Source of the DNA: Desulfurococcales archaeon
GTDB taxonomy: Archaea; Thermoproteota; Thermoprotei_A; Sulfolobales; WAQK01
DNA length: 64,000 nucleotides
Assembly: GCA_027083135.1 (NCBI GenBank)
Contig: JALWQH010000052.1
Span: 24,448-88,447, forward strand
Reading direction: 5' to 3'
The position numbers and the translations under genes were made by a program. Position 1 is the first letter of the stretch. Each line of letters begins with the position of its first letter. Shown piece after piece: positions 44,719 through 55,113 of the stretch. The notes beneath the pieces were generated by a model. That model was not told the DNA's origin, ran no database searches, and saw only the letters and a list, made by a program, of their open reading frames with translations.

Positions 44719-46671
44719 TGAGGCCTCTCCTAATAGATGCTTGTCGAACCATTCTTTTATCGCCTTAATCCTTGCCACTCTTCTCCTAGGCTTGCCGCTG
44801 CGGCTTAGATTATGGTTCTCCTCTGGGAACAACAGCATTTTAACTTCAACTCCCTTCTCCTTTAGTGCTGTGTATAGTTGTAGTGCTTGGTCTAGCCAGC
44901 ATCTATAGTCTTCTAGGCTGTGTATTATTAGGAGGGGCGTCTCAACACCATCAACATACCTCAAAGGACTCCTAAACCAATACTCCTCATGACTACGCCA
45001 TGGCGGTAGACCTCTCCCAATCTGCTCCTTATTATAGTAGAAGCCTATGTCGGTTGTCCCATACTTGCTTGTCCAGTTGCTTATGGATCTCTGGGTGACT
45101 GCTGCTTTGAACCTGTTGGTGTGGCCTATGATCCAGTTCGTCATAAAGCCCCCATAACTACCACCAGCAACCCCTGCCTTACCAGGATCAAGCCCTATGC
45201 CTACCATGGCATCATACACGTCCATGAGATCCTGATAATCCTTGTCTCCGTATCCTCCCCTAATATCAGCGAACTCCTCACTATAACCGTCGCTCCCCCT
45301 AGGGTTTGGTAGGATGAGGGTATAGCCTGCGCCGCTAAGCACGTGGTATTCATGCATGAAGCCGCATCCATGCATCATCTTAGGGCCTCCATGAATGTAA
45401 AGTACCCATGCTCCATTAGGCTTTACAGCTGGCTCCAGGATCCAGGCATCTATGCTGAGCCCATCCCTCGTTCTAACATCTATGCGTCTCTGCCTCCCCA
45501 AAACTCTGCGCTTAACCCAGGTCTCAGTGTGCCTGGTAAGCCTCTTAGCCTCGCCTCCTTCCAGCAGGTATAGTTCTTTAGGGGATGCTGGATCCATGTA
45601 GGTGTATGCTAGTACCCTCCTTCCAGCTGAAAACTCGTCCACTACGCCGCAGTCTGGGGTGATCACAGGTTCCACTTCTCCCTCAGGGCTGGCTCTGTAG
45701 AGATGCGTTCTCCCCGCATCTGAGATTTGAAAGTATATCCACTTGTCCTCAGGCCATGCAATGTTTTTAGAGCAGGAGGGGCCTCGCACATCGCTTCCAG
45801 CAGTATTAAGAGCATTTCTCCTAAGCCTACATGTAACGCATTTAGCCTCACGGCCTCTAAGGTTGATCACATGTACCTTGTAGTGGGATGCGAAGCCTTT
45901 CCCAAAGCTCCTAGCAATAACCGCAAGCATGTCTCCCCGAGGGCTCCACTCTATTGATACAATGGAGTATCCTTCCAGCAGCCTCTCCTCGGAACCTGTT
46001 TCAAGGTCAAGCACCATGAGTCTCTGTAAGTGGGGCTTAAGCTCATCATAGGTTCTCGCATAGGCTATCTTACCTCCATTGGGGCTTACAGCGTAGGAGG
46101 ATATGTCGAAGGATCCGTGAACCAGCTCCTCTATCCTGCCTGAAGGCACCTCAACCCTATAGAGACCTGTAAACCTGTCGAAGATGAATCCCTCCCCGTT
46201 AAACCATACGGGGAGCCTGGAGACCTCCAATACATCCCTGTCACGATAATCCTTCCATCCCCCTCCTCCTAGGGGAGCTCTGCTTAAAGCATAGATAAAC
46301 CTGCCTTCAGGATCCCATGAGAGGCTGCTTGCCCCATGCCTAATTACTGCAAGCTTCCATGCCTCCCCTCCCTCCCTACGTATAAGCATAATCTCTGATC
46401 CCTTTCCATCATCAGGGCTTCTAAGAAATGCCAGCATAGTTCCATTAGGATTCCAGGCTGGACACTTATCGCTGGTTCCTCCAGTTAAAGGCCAGGTCTC
46501 TCCACCGTGATCTACGAGCCATATGGATGACTCGTACCTATTCTTATCCAGGTTGATCCTTGTTAAAATGTAGGCTGTTAGCCTTTGATCAGGGCTTAGA
46601 ACAGGGTTTGAAACTAGAGGCAGCTCGCCTAGATCCTCTGCTTTAACCGTGTTCTCAGCCAATATCCTCAC
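44704..46671 (-). CDS. S9 family acylaminoacyl peptidase
   Basis: Beta-propeller N-terminus, IHGGP, GGSYGG nucleophile, EDYRC, ENH. Confidence 0.92.
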   Translation of the reverse strand: MRILAENTVKAEDLGELPLVSNPVLSPDQRLTAYILTRINLDKNRYESSIWLVDHGGETWPLTGGTSDKCPAWNPNGTMLAFLRSPDDGKGSEIMLIRREGGEAWKLAVIRHGASSLSWDPEGRFIYALSRAPLGGGGWKDYRDRDVLEVSRLPVWFNGEGFIFDRFTGLYRVEVPSGRIEELVHGSFDISSYAVSPNGGKIAYARTYDELKPHLQRLMVLDLETGSEERLLEGYSIVSIEWSPRGDMLAVIARSFGKGFASHYKVHVINLRGREAKCVTCRLRRNALNTAGSDVRGPSCSKNIAWPEDKWIYFQISDAGRTHLYRASPEGEVEPVITPDCGVVDEFSAGRRVLAYTYMDPASPKELYLLEGGEAKRLTRHTETWVKRRVLGRQRRIDVRTRDGLSIDAWILEPAVKPNGAWVLYIHGGPKMMHGCGFMHEYHVLSGAGYTLILPNPRGSDGYSEEFADIRGGYGDKDYQDLMDVYDAMVGIGLDPGKAGVAGGSYGGFMTNWIIGHTNRFKAAVTQRSISNWTSKYGTTDIGFYYNKEQIGRGLPPWRSHEEYWFRSPLRYVDGVETPLLIIHSLEDYRCWLDQALQLYTALKEKGVEVKMLLFPEENHNLSRSGKPRRRVARIKAIKEWFDKHLLGEASSNNM

Positions 46672-48551
46672 CTTTCCTCGTGGTGCTCGAGCCCCAGCTT
46701 CTCACGGAGCCAGCGGATCTTATACTCGTATCTTTTCCTACGGTGCCTGGGTTCAGCAAGCCTGCTGTGCCCGTGGCTTCCCTTAGTGAATACTAGTAGT
46801 GTTGTATCCTTCCCCCTCATGGCCAGTGAGACATGCATTGAAAGGGCCTGGTCTATGAAGCACCTATAATCCTCCAAGCTATGTATGAAGAGTATGGGTG
46901 TCTCCACATCATCGACGTGGAATGCAGGGCTCTTCTCCAAATAGCCTCTTAGATTATCATGGGGAGTACCGCCTATTTGGTCAGGATCAAACCAGTAGCC
47001 TATATCACTTGCCCAGTAATCAGCAATCCAGTCTCCTATGCCGTTCTCGCTCACCGCTGCCTTAAACCTCTTGGTCTTGGTCACCATGACATTCGTCATG
47101 TATCCGCCATAACTTATCCCTGTTACAGCCATCCTATCCTCATCGATCCAGCCTTCATAATTCTCTAGGACTTTATCTAAGAAGGCCATGAGCTGTGCGT
47201 AGTCTTTGTCTCCGTATCCTCCCCTAATATCAGCGAACTCCTCACTATAACCTGTGCTTCCACGGGGATTCGCGTAGGCGACTGCAAAGCCTTGTGAAAC
47301 CATTAGTTGCATCTCGGGGTGGAAGAAGTAGCCGTACATTCCTTTAGGCCCGCCATGCACGTAGAGTATGAGGGGGTGCTTCCCATTCTTCTCGGGCAGC
47401 ATAATCCACCCATCCACCCTATCTCCACCATGCTCTACTACTAGATGCTGGGGCTCGATCAGCCGCCTCTCCTTTACAATCCATTCATTAAACCTCGTCA
47501 CGCCTACGCGTCTTCCATCAGCATGCAAGTATACTTCAGGAGGCCTTGTAGGAGATGATGCTATGAAGCCTGTCACCCCGGAGTTGCTGTGGGCTTCATG
47601 CACATATTCCCCGTGCTTAGTGATAGGTTCCACAGCGTCATCGGACACTGAGGCCAGCAGGCTTGAACCAGCATCCTCGTAGACTATTAGAGGCTTATGA
47701 TCAAGGCTTCCAGCAATACTCCTAACATTTCTGTCCAGCATCCTGCATGTAAGGCATACAGGCTTCTCATCAAGCATCCATAACTTGTGATGTGAGGATA
47801 TGCCTATCTCGCCCCTATGCATGAGGGCATGCAGCCTGCCCTCCAGGCATCTTAACATTGATATAGAGTAGCCTTTAAGCACCTCTTCTTCAGAGCCGTC
47901 CGTCACATTGATCTTCACAAGCCTATGCCTCGTAGGATCACGCCAGTCAATCGGCTCAGCGTAGAACACTGTTTCCCTGCATGCTTCGGCAGCCACTATT
48001 ATGTTGGGGGAGGAGGCTAGGAGCCTTGTCCTCCCCGACCAAACGTCTAGGAGCCTTACCTCGTAGCTAAGACCTGCTATAAGCCCCTCCCTGTCGAACC
48101 ATAATGGAAGCCTATCAGTAGCCACGTAGTCGCCATCCTCATCGTAGAAGCCCTTCCTTGGGGCAGGGGCAACTATAAGCAGCGACCCCTCACTAAACCA
48201 TTCCAAATGCTTGACACCATGCTTAAACCATGCCAGCCTCCTAGGCTCCCCTACACCGCTCCACAGGAAGACTCCTACACCCTTCTCCTCCTCTCTTACC
48301 CCCCGCCTACTAGTGAAGGCAAGCATATTCCCGCTTGGACTCCATCTAGGCTTCGAGTCTCCCTTACCTGTCAGGAAGGCTTTAGCCCCGTCTTTACGGA
48401 TAATGTGCACCTCAGTGTAGTTCTCGTTTTTGGCGAGATCGCTTCTAGAAGCTATGAATACCAGATCCCCCTTAGCTGAAACCCTTACATCTGACGGTAT
48501 TATGAGGCTTAAAATATCCTCAACCGATAAGCCTGGCTTCATACCTGTCAT
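46668..48551 (-). CDS. S9 family acylaminoacyl peptidase (tandem paralog)
   Basis: VHGGP, GISYGG, EDYRC, GSHG; 4-bp overlap with its paralog. Confidence 0.92.
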   Translation of the reverse strand: MTGMKPGLSVEDILSLIIPSDVRVSAKGDLVFIASRSDLAKNENYTEVHIIRKDGAKAFLTGKGDSKPRWSPSGNMLAFTSRRGVREEEKGVGVFLWSGVGEPRRLAWFKHGVKHLEWFSEGSLLIVAPAPRKGFYDEDGDYVATDRLPLWFDREGLIAGLSYEVRLLDVWSGRTRLLASSPNIIVAAEACRETVFYAEPIDWRDPTRHRLVKINVTDGSEEEVLKGYSISMLRCLEGRLHALMHRGEIGISSHHKLWMLDEKPVCLTCRMLDRNVRSIAGSLDHKPLIVYEDAGSSLLASVSDDAVEPITKHGEYVHEAHSNSGVTGFIASSPTRPPEVYLHADGRRVGVTRFNEWIVKERRLIEPQHLVVEHGGDRVDGWIMLPEKNGKHPLILYVHGGPKGMYGYFFHPEMQLMVSQGFAVAYANPRGSTGYSEEFADIRGGYGDKDYAQLMAFLDKVLENYEGWIDEDRMAVTGISYGGYMTNVMVTKTKRFKAAVSENGIGDWIADYWASDIGYWFDPDQIGGTPHDNLRGYLEKSPAFHVDDVETPILFIHSLEDYRCFIDQALSMHVSLAMRGKDTTLLVFTKGSHGHSRLAEPRHRRKRYEYKIRWLREKLGLEHHEER

Positions 48552-48664
48552 CGCGTCCTAAGTCTCCGCAACCTGTATAAATATATGTGGGGAAATATTG
48601 TGAGCACAGTGCCTGCTAAGAGGAGCCTACACACGGGTTTAGATTTAATGAAGCACCATGTTAC

Positions 48665-48943
48665 ATGAGCATGGGGGGAGAGGTGAAGATAAGGTTCTAC
48701 GGGATGCTTAGAGATTATGCAGGGGTTTCTGAGCTGAGCCTTAGGCTTAACGGGGAAATAAGTGGTGATGAGCTTCTGAGAATGCTTGTCGAGAGGCTTC
48801 CAGGATTACGCGAGGTCTTGGATTCTGCTGGAATGGAGAGGCTTGGCATAGTGATCCTGGTTGGCAATAAACCCTATGATAATAGGAGGCTTATAGGCGA
48901 TGAGGCGGTGGTTGATATACTGCCTCCTGCGTCGGGTGGATAG
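48665..48943 (+). CDS. moaD: Molybdopterin synthase sulfur carrier subunit (MoaD/ThiS)
   Basis: C-terminal ILPPASGG; adjacent to moaE. Confidence 0.85.
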   Translation: MSMGGEVKIRFYGMLRDYAGVSELSLRLNGEISGDELLRMLVERLPGLREVLDSAGMERLGIVILVGNKPYDNRRLIGDEAVVDILPPASGG

Positions 48944-48945
48944 CT

Positions 48946-49407
48946 ATGGGAGTAGTGGTCAGGCTCACCGAGGATAAGGTTGATCTAGGTAGGCTTGCAG
49001 GGGAGTTAGCGTCAACCACCTCTATGAAGGGGGCAGGTGCCTTAGTAGTATTCATGGGTTTCGTTAAAGGAGTGGTTGGGGGAGCAAGGGTAAAGGAACT
49101 AGTCTATGAGGCCCATATCCAGTACGCGTTGGATAAGCTGAGGGAGATTGGAATAAATGCTGAGGAGAAATACAAGCTGCATGAGGTCGTTATCATCCAC
49201 AGGGTCGGCAGGATCCAGCCAGGCGAGCCTACAGTATATATCCTAGTAGCCGCTGAGAGTAGAAGAGAGGCCTTCAAGGCGGCTGAAGAGATCCTTGAGA
49301 GAGTTAAGCATGAAGCCCCCATATATAAGCTTGAGCGAAGGGAGGATGGTGAATACTGGGTTATGGGTGATGGGAGAAGGATTAGGAGGCCTAGAAAACA
49401 GGCATAA
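48946..49407 (+). CDS. moaE: Molybdopterin synthase catalytic subunit
   Basis: GALVVFMGFVKG, LVYEA, HRVG, VKHEAPIYKLE. Confidence 0.92.
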   Translation: MGVVVRLTEDKVDLGRLAGELASTTSMKGAGALVVFMGFVKGVVGGARVKELVYEAHIQYALDKLREIGINAEEKYKLHEVVIIHRVGRIQPGEPTVYILVAAESRREAFKAAEEILERVKHEAPIYKLERREDGEYWVMGDGRRIRRPRKQA

Positions 49408-49472
49408 AGGAGAGCATTAGTATCCGCCCCCACTTCGACACGCTATTATAATTCCAGGGAGATTACAGGGTA

Positions 49473-50459
49473 GTGGAGAAGCAGGCCTTGAGGCTGAGTA
49501 ATAGTGAAATAGTTGGAGAAATAATTGAGGCTGAGCATCGGATAAGAAAATATATTCGTGAAACACCTGTGGAGTACTCCCCACACCTCAGCAGCATTAC
49601 GGGGGTGGAGGTTTACTTAAAGCTTGAGAACATGCAGGTTACAGGCTCCTTTAAGATTAGAGGAGTATTAAACAAGCTTCTCTCCCTCAGCCATGAAGAA
49701 AGGCGGAGAGGAGTGGTGACAGCATCTACCGGGAATCATGGAGCAGCATTAGCCTATGCTGCAAGGATCCTGGGTATAAGGGGAGTAGTGGTTCTTCCGA
49801 AAACCGTGCCCGAGGACAAGGTACGCGACATTGAGGCTTACGGCGCTGAAATAATAGTTCATGGAACTGATAGCCTTGAGGCAGAGCTATATGCTAGGAG
49901 ACATGCTGATAGGCATGGAATGACATATGTATCTCCCTATAATGACATTCATATTATTGCAGGTCAGGGGACAATAGCTTTAGAGCTGCTTAGGCGGCTT
50001 GGAAGCATTGACGCGGTACTTGTGCCTGTAGGAGGCGGAGGACTCATCTCAGGTATTGCAGGCTATCTTAAAGGGAAAGGGTTAAGAGTGGATATTTATG
50101 GATGCCAGCCCTCCAGCTCTGCTGTAATGTATGAGAGCCTACGGGCTGGGAGAGTAGTGCAAATACCCTATAAGCCAACGCTTGCCGACGGGGTTGCAGG
50201 AGGAGTTGAGCCGGGCTCCATAACATTAGAGCTGTGTAGAAGATATGTCGATGGATTCTACCTGGTAGAAGAGGGGGAGATAGCTGATGCTATCAAACTC
50301 ATGGTTGAATACCACCACATGCTGGTTGAGGGGGCAGCAGCTCTACCCATAGCAGGCCTCATCAAGTCAGGAGACACGTTCAAAGGAAGAAGAGTGGTTT
50401 TAATCGTAACTGGGAGGAGAATAGGCTTGAAGACTCTGCAACATATAATGTGTTCCTAG
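49473..50459 (+). CDS. PLP-dependent threonine/serine dehydratase family
   Basis: KLENMQVTGSFKIRG, STGNHG, VGGGGL, VEGAAA; no ACT regulatory domain. Confidence 0.88.
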   Translation: MEKQALRLSNSEIVGEIIEAEHRIRKYIRETPVEYSPHLSSITGVEVYLKLENMQVTGSFKIRGVLNKLLSLSHEERRRGVVTASTGNHGAALAYAARILGIRGVVVLPKTVPEDKVRDIEAYGAEIIVHGTDSLEAELYARRHADRHGMTYVSPYNDIHIIAGQGTIALELLRRLGSIDAVLVPVGGGGLISGIAGYLKGKGLRVDIYGCQPSSSAVMYESLRAGRVVQIPYKPTLADGVAGGVEPGSITLELCRRYVDGFYLVEEGEIADAIKLMVEYHHMLVEGAAALPIAGLIKSGDTFKGRRVVLIVTGRRIGLKTLQHIMCS

Positions 50460-50467
50460 CCTACCGT

Positions 50468-50875
50468 TCATACCCGTTTATCCCTGCAGCCTCTATCCCC
50501 GAACTCCTCCTTCTCCCTCCAGCCCTCATCTGTTCTCAGCCTCCCCTCAAGGAAGGCCTGAAGAACATCCCCCACTCTTCCATGTACTCCCTGCACAACC
50601 TTTATTCCAAGCTCCTCAAAATACTCTAATGCTCTTCTCCCAACACCGTAGGCTAGCACTACGTCCCCCCCATGCTCCTTAATGAATTCTGGCAGCGCTC
50701 CGGGCCAATGCTCCCTATAGGGTGCAGGGACAACCTCAACGTTCATCACCTTTCCTTCAGCCACATCTATGAAAGTATAGTAAGGTGTATGTCCGAAATG
50801 CCTGCTCACATAGCTGTCCAGACCCCTGTCATCAGTGCTGGGGACAGCTATCCTCATATCAGCCCACCAACCCAC
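50468..50875 (-). CDS. NifB/NifX-family (dinitrogenase FeMo-co domain) protein
   Basis: MRIAVPS, VSRHFGHTPYY, VGRRA..FEELGIKVV. Confidence 0.85.
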   Translation of the reverse strand: MGWWADMRIAVPSTDDRGLDSYVSRHFGHTPYYTFIDVAEGKVMNVEVVPAPYREHWPGALPEFIKEHGGDVVLAYGVGRRALEYFEELGIKVVQGVHGRVGDVLQAFLEGRLRTDEGWREKEEFGDRGCRDKRV

Positions 50876-50988
50876 ATATCAGGCTACAGGGATTTATAGC
50901 GTTCCTTTCAGGCTGGCACCAATCTCCATATCAGGAGCCTCGGAATACTAAATAACCATAGCCCGGATACTGATGCTGGTAGAATTCC

Positions 50989-51588
50989 ATGGCCAGCCAT
51001 GCTGGCAGAGCCAGAGGGATTAAGGAAGAGGTGTATAAGGCTAGAAGAAAATATCTCTCCGCTTTCAACACGGCATTGATAATCATCCTAGCCGTCCTGC
51101 CCTGGATCTATTATTCGAGGCTTCCTGAAATAGTGCCAACACACTGGAACTGGGAGGGACAGGTTACAAGTACTGGTTCAAGCTTCAACACCATGCTTTT
51201 ATTATCACTGGTCATGCCTCTCGCCAATATAATCATAGAGGCAATATACTTGGCGCGCTGGAGGATTCTCAGAGGTTACCCCTACCTGATAAACCTGCCT
51301 GCGATAACGGTGCTGCTGGGCAGTGAGAGGATAAGTCCCCATGATAAGAGGAGGATTATTGAGGATGTCTTCACAGTTATGCTTATGGTCGGAGTACTCG
51401 TGGGGATTTATCTCCTAGTCTTAGAGATAGGCATTCTGGAATCCATGAGGACAGGGGTAGAGCCTTCATGGATGCTTCCCTACACCATAATTGGAGCAGT
51501 AGCTATAATTATACCCCCCCTAATGATGTATAGGAGAATATACAGGGAGGAAATCCTACCTCTACTCGGAGAGAGGAAAGGACTATGA
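50989..51588 (+). CDS. DUF1648/SdpI-like membrane protein
   Basis: LPEIVPTHWNWEG motif, four TM segments. Confidence 0.75.
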   Translation: MASHAGRARGIKEEVYKARRKYLSAFNTALIIILAVLPWIYYSRLPEIVPTHWNWEGQVTSTGSSFNTMLLLSLVMPLANIIIEAIYLARWRILRGYPYLINLPAITVLLGSERISPHDKRRIIEDVFTVMLMVGVLVGIYLLVLEIGILESMRTGVEPSWMLPYTIIGAVAIIIPPLMMYRRIYREEILPLLGERKGL

Positions 51589-51667
51589 GCCTCAGCAGGA
51601 TGATCCTCAGAGCCCCCGGCATCAGCTTATTATTTGAAACCTAATTAATAAGTGTCGGGAGATCCAC

Positions 51668-51997
51668 GTGGAGCTGTACGATGTGGAGGATTTCTGGAAG
51701 TTTAAGCTCAGAGTAGGCAGAGTTGTGAATGCTGAGAAGCTTAGGAGGACGAGGAAGCTGCTTAAACTAGAGGTGGATTTTGGAGACGAGAGGAGGACAA
51801 TAATAACAGGCATAGCTGACCAATACTCCCCCGAAGATCTTCAGGAGAGAAAGTTCATATTCCTCCTAAACATTAAGCCCAGGAAGTTTTCAGGTGTTGA
51901 GAGCAGGGGGATGCTCCTAGTAGCAGAATCGGAGGAAGGTGAGGTTTACCTCATCCCCGTGCCTGATGATATACCTACAGGGATCAAAGTATGGTGA
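51668..51997 (+). CDS. tRNA-binding OB-fold protein (Trbp111/MetRS C-terminal/CsaA-like)
   Basis: LRVGRV, KLLKLEVDFG, IITGIA, GVESRGMLL. Confidence 0.88.
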   Translation: MELYDVEDFWKFKLRVGRVVNAEKLRRTRKLLKLEVDFGDERRTIITGIADQYSPEDLQERKFIFLLNIKPRKFSGVESRGMLLVAESEEGEVYLIPVPDDIPTGIKVW

Positions 51998-52041
51998 CCT
52001 TTTACCTGAGACCGCTGTTGACTCTGCTGATCACTATGAAT

Positions 52042-53472
52042 TTAATCCTCCTCATTTTTCCTGCTTTTCTCTCCAAACATCTTGGATTTAACGTATCCTT
52101 TGAGAGCCCTGTAGGCGATGTCCCATATGGTCTTGAGCCTGCCCTTCCTTATCTGGCTTAAAATGAATCTAGGCCTTAGGTAAAAGCTCCGATACGCCCA
52201 ACTTATGATCTTGAAGAGATCCTCTCTTCTAAAATGGAATCCCCTCATAACAGGATAGATTGTAGTATAGTAGTCCCAGTCCGTTATTTCTATGAGGTTG
52301 TGCTCCTTAGCCATGTAATATAGGGGTGTTCCAGGATATGGTGTTGCAACGGTGAATTGAGCATAGTCTACTCCAAGCCTCTCAGCGAATTTCACAGTGT
52401 TCTTCATGTCGTCTATGGTCTGCCAGGGGAAGCCTAGTATAAAGCTTCCAGCACTCTCTATGCCTGACTCCCTGGTCCATTTAACAGCGTTGATCACCTG
52501 TTTCATTGTTATGCGTTTCCCTATTTTCTCTATATCTTCATCCTTGTATGACTCTACTCCATAGTATATTGTAGTGCATCCAGCCTCCTTTAACCGTTTA
52601 AGCATCTCCGGGGTAACGCTGCTCACCCTTGAGCCACAGGTGAACGTTATGTCTAGGCCACGCCTCTTAATCTCATCTGTCAGGTCGAACACCCATTTCC
52701 TTATCAATGTGAGCTCATCGTCGGAGAATACGACTATGTTTGTCTTATACTTCTCCACTGCTTTCTCTATTTCATCCACGACTTTCTCCACGCTTCTAAT
52801 CCTATACCTTCTCCCCCAGAAGTAGCTGGTGGTGCAGTATATGCATCCATAGGGGCATCCCCTACTAGCCATCACGTGTATTATCTTTATAGGCTTGTCG
52901 AACAGCGTGTACTTGTCCATGGGTAATAGGTGCCTGGCAGGCTCTGGAAGCTCGTCTATGTTCCTTATCAATGGCCGTGGAGGAGTTGCCTTCAGCCTCC
53001 CCTCCTTATCCCTGTAGACTAGGCCTTTAACCTGCTTAGGCTCCTCGCCCATACCTCTGGCTTCAAGATGCTCCACTAGTTCCAGCATAGTGTATTCTCC
53101 TTCACCCACTGCAACATAATCTGCACCGTTTTTCAAGGCCTCCTCATACATGAATGAGACATGCGGGCCTCCCATAACTACAGGTATATCGCTGTCAGCC
53201 TCTTTAACCCTCCTTGCAACAGCGTATCCTCCCTTAACGGTAGGTGTGACAGCTGAGATCCCCACAACATCAGGGTTTTCTGCGAGAACCGCTTTAGCCG
53301 CATCCTTCACGCTCATTTCAAGCGATGCTGCATCAATTATGCTGACCTTGTGTCCAGCCTGCTCCAATACTGCGGCAATGTAGGCCAAGCCTAGAGGAGG
53401 GGCTCTAACCCCTATACTCTGATATATCTCCAGCTTCCTCAGGCCAGGGGAGTATAGGAGCGCTACCTTCAC
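52042..53472 (-). CDS. B12-binding radical SAM methyltransferase-like (possible GMGT methylase Gmm)
   Basis: PPLGLAYIAA, GGPH, GEGE cobalamin domain; SRGCPYGCIYC; YGVES; PYPGTP. Confidence 0.8.
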   Translation of the reverse strand: MKVALLYSPGLRKLEIYQSIGVRAPPLGLAYIAAVLEQAGHKVSIIDAASLEMSVKDAAKAVLAENPDVVGISAVTPTVKGGYAVARRVKEADSDIPVVMGGPHVSFMYEEALKNGADYVAVGEGEYTMLELVEHLEARGMGEEPKQVKGLVYRDKEGRLKATPPRPLIRNIDELPEPARHLLPMDKYTLFDKPIKIIHVMASRGCPYGCIYCTTSYFWGRRYRIRSVEKVVDEIEKAVEKYKTNIVVFSDDELTLIRKWVFDLTDEIKRRGLDITFTCGSRVSSVTPEMLKRLKEAGCTTIYYGVESYKDEDIEKIGKRITMKQVINAVKWTRESGIESAGSFILGFPWQTIDDMKNTVKFAERLGVDYAQFTVATPYPGTPLYYMAKEHNLIEITDWDYYTTIYPVMRGFHFRREDLFKIISWAYRSFYLRPRFILSQIRKGRLKTIWDIAYRALKGYVKSKMFGEKSRKNEED

Positions 53473-53486
53473 CTTTAACTGCCCCT

Positions 53487-54998
53487 CTACCTCTTAGGCA
53501 CGGGTGCTAGGGGTTGCACCTCCACATTGGGCTTAGGTATTTTGTCCCAATACTCCTTGTTTAAAATGCATCCTGGATCAGGGGCTGTTATATCCCTGAA
53601 GTACGCGTATGCCCTGGCCCTGCATCCACCGCACACATACTTGTAGGGGCATTCAGCACAGTATCCTTTGAGCAGGCTTCTATCCCTGAGAGTCTGGAGC
53701 ACGGGGGATTCCTCCCATATCTCGCGGAAAGACTTCTCCCTGAGGCTTCCCACCTTTATCGGGAGGAACACGCATGGAACCACGTCCCCGTTGGGCTGGA
53801 GGCCAGCGTATATTCTCCCAGCCCCGCATCCCCCGACAAACTCTGCGAGAGCGTTGACTATCTTGTTCTCACCTATATAGAAGTGGGTGGGTGAAACCTC
53901 CTCTCCCTGACTTTCCTCTAATACTACTCTAGCATACTGTGGAGCGGTGCTCTCGATCTCCAGATGCCTGTGCTTCATCTCCCTGTAAATGGTTTTTAGA
54001 AACTCCTCCCTCTCCTCGGGTGTTAGGTCCAGCCAGGCGTAGTCTTCTCCCCTCCCTGTGGGAACGAAGTTGAAGAATATCACTCTATTCACACCTATAT
54101 CCTCGGCGAGATCCAGTATGTCTTCAACCTCGTTTATGTTCATCTTGGTGATAGTGGTGGCCATGCCGTTATTGACTCCCAGCTTAACAGCGTTTCTAAG
54201 AGCCTTCACAGCCTTCTCCCATGCCCCGGGAACACCTCTGAACCTGTCGTGGACTTCAGGCTTAGCACTGTCAACGCTTACCTCCACGTATCTAAGCCCT
54301 GCATCCACGGCTTTCTTCAGGTTATCCATGTTCGCGAAGAATGTTCCATTAGTGGCTACTGATACATATATGTCCCTGTCAGCCAGCTCCCTCACTATCC
54401 TGTAAAAGTGCGGATGTATGGTCGGCTCTCCGCCGCTTAGAGCCACTGCGGCTACTCCTGCCTCATCCAGCTGTCTCACCACCTCCAGCTTCTCCTCAAG
54501 CGTCAACTCGTCTGGCAGGGGTTTGTCAGCCCTCTGATAGCAGTGTATGCATCTGAGATTACACATATTGGTGAAGTTCCATACAATTAGGAATGGTGCA
54601 GGCATCTTCTGAGGCACTGTTACACCGTATTTTGCAAGCCCCTCAACCACTAGGGATACACCACGCCTCACCGCTGGATCCCTGACCCCTTCCCGGGCGC
54701 TCTCAAGGTCTCCTTTAAGAACCCATAATCCAACCCTTATTGTAGCTCTGATAAGCCAGCTTAGAAATCTGGCTGTCACGGGGCATCCGTAAACCTTAGA
54801 GCCAGCGAAGGCTGAGAGCGCATGGAATAGTATTGTTTGTTCTCTGCATCTTTCCCCCTCCTCACAGCACTTAACCCTCTTAGCACCAGCTCTAAGGTAA
54901 GCCCTGGTGGCAGGATTATTGAACACCATTCTTATCCCTGTCAGTAGTCTCCCAATATCAGCCTTCTTCTCAGCCTTTCCACTGCCATTAACACCCAT
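53487..54998 (-). CDS. Radical SAM/SPASM protein (possible GMGT synthase Gms)
   Basis: CNLRCIHC, SGGEP, GCGAG..PCVF, CAECPYKYVCGGCRARA SPASM; helical N-terminal extension. Confidence 0.8.
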   Translation of the reverse strand: MGVNGSGKAEKKADIGRLLTGIRMVFNNPATRAYLRAGAKRVKCCEEGERCREQTILFHALSAFAGSKVYGCPVTARFLSWLIRATIRVGLWVLKGDLESAREGVRDPAVRRGVSLVVEGLAKYGVTVPQKMPAPFLIVWNFTNMCNLRCIHCYQRADKPLPDELTLEEKLEVVRQLDEAGVAAVALSGGEPTIHPHFYRIVRELADRDIYVSVATNGTFFANMDNLKKAVDAGLRYVEVSVDSAKPEVHDRFRGVPGAWEKAVKALRNAVKLGVNNGMATTITKMNINEVEDILDLAEDIGVNRVIFFNFVPTGRGEDYAWLDLTPEEREEFLKTIYREMKHRHLEIESTAPQYARVVLEESQGEEVSPTHFYIGENKIVNALAEFVGGCGAGRIYAGLQPNGDVVPCVFLPIKVGSLREKSFREIWEESPVLQTLRDRSLLKGYCAECPYKYVCGGCRARAYAYFRDITAPDPGCILNKEYWDKIPKPNVEVQPLAPVPKR

Positions 54999-55113
54999 TT
55001 TGAACTACCTAGTTATAATAAAGATCGAATTTAAGCCTTTAGCAATACTTGTAGATTCCATGTACGGGATTAAAGGCATTTTTCAATGCAACTTGTATAC
55101 TGTAGGCATGATG

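Noticed and set aside
51585-51630. Two CTGA boxes on the minus strand, possible C/D sRNA
   Set aside because: No convincing C or C' box and the spacing is too short
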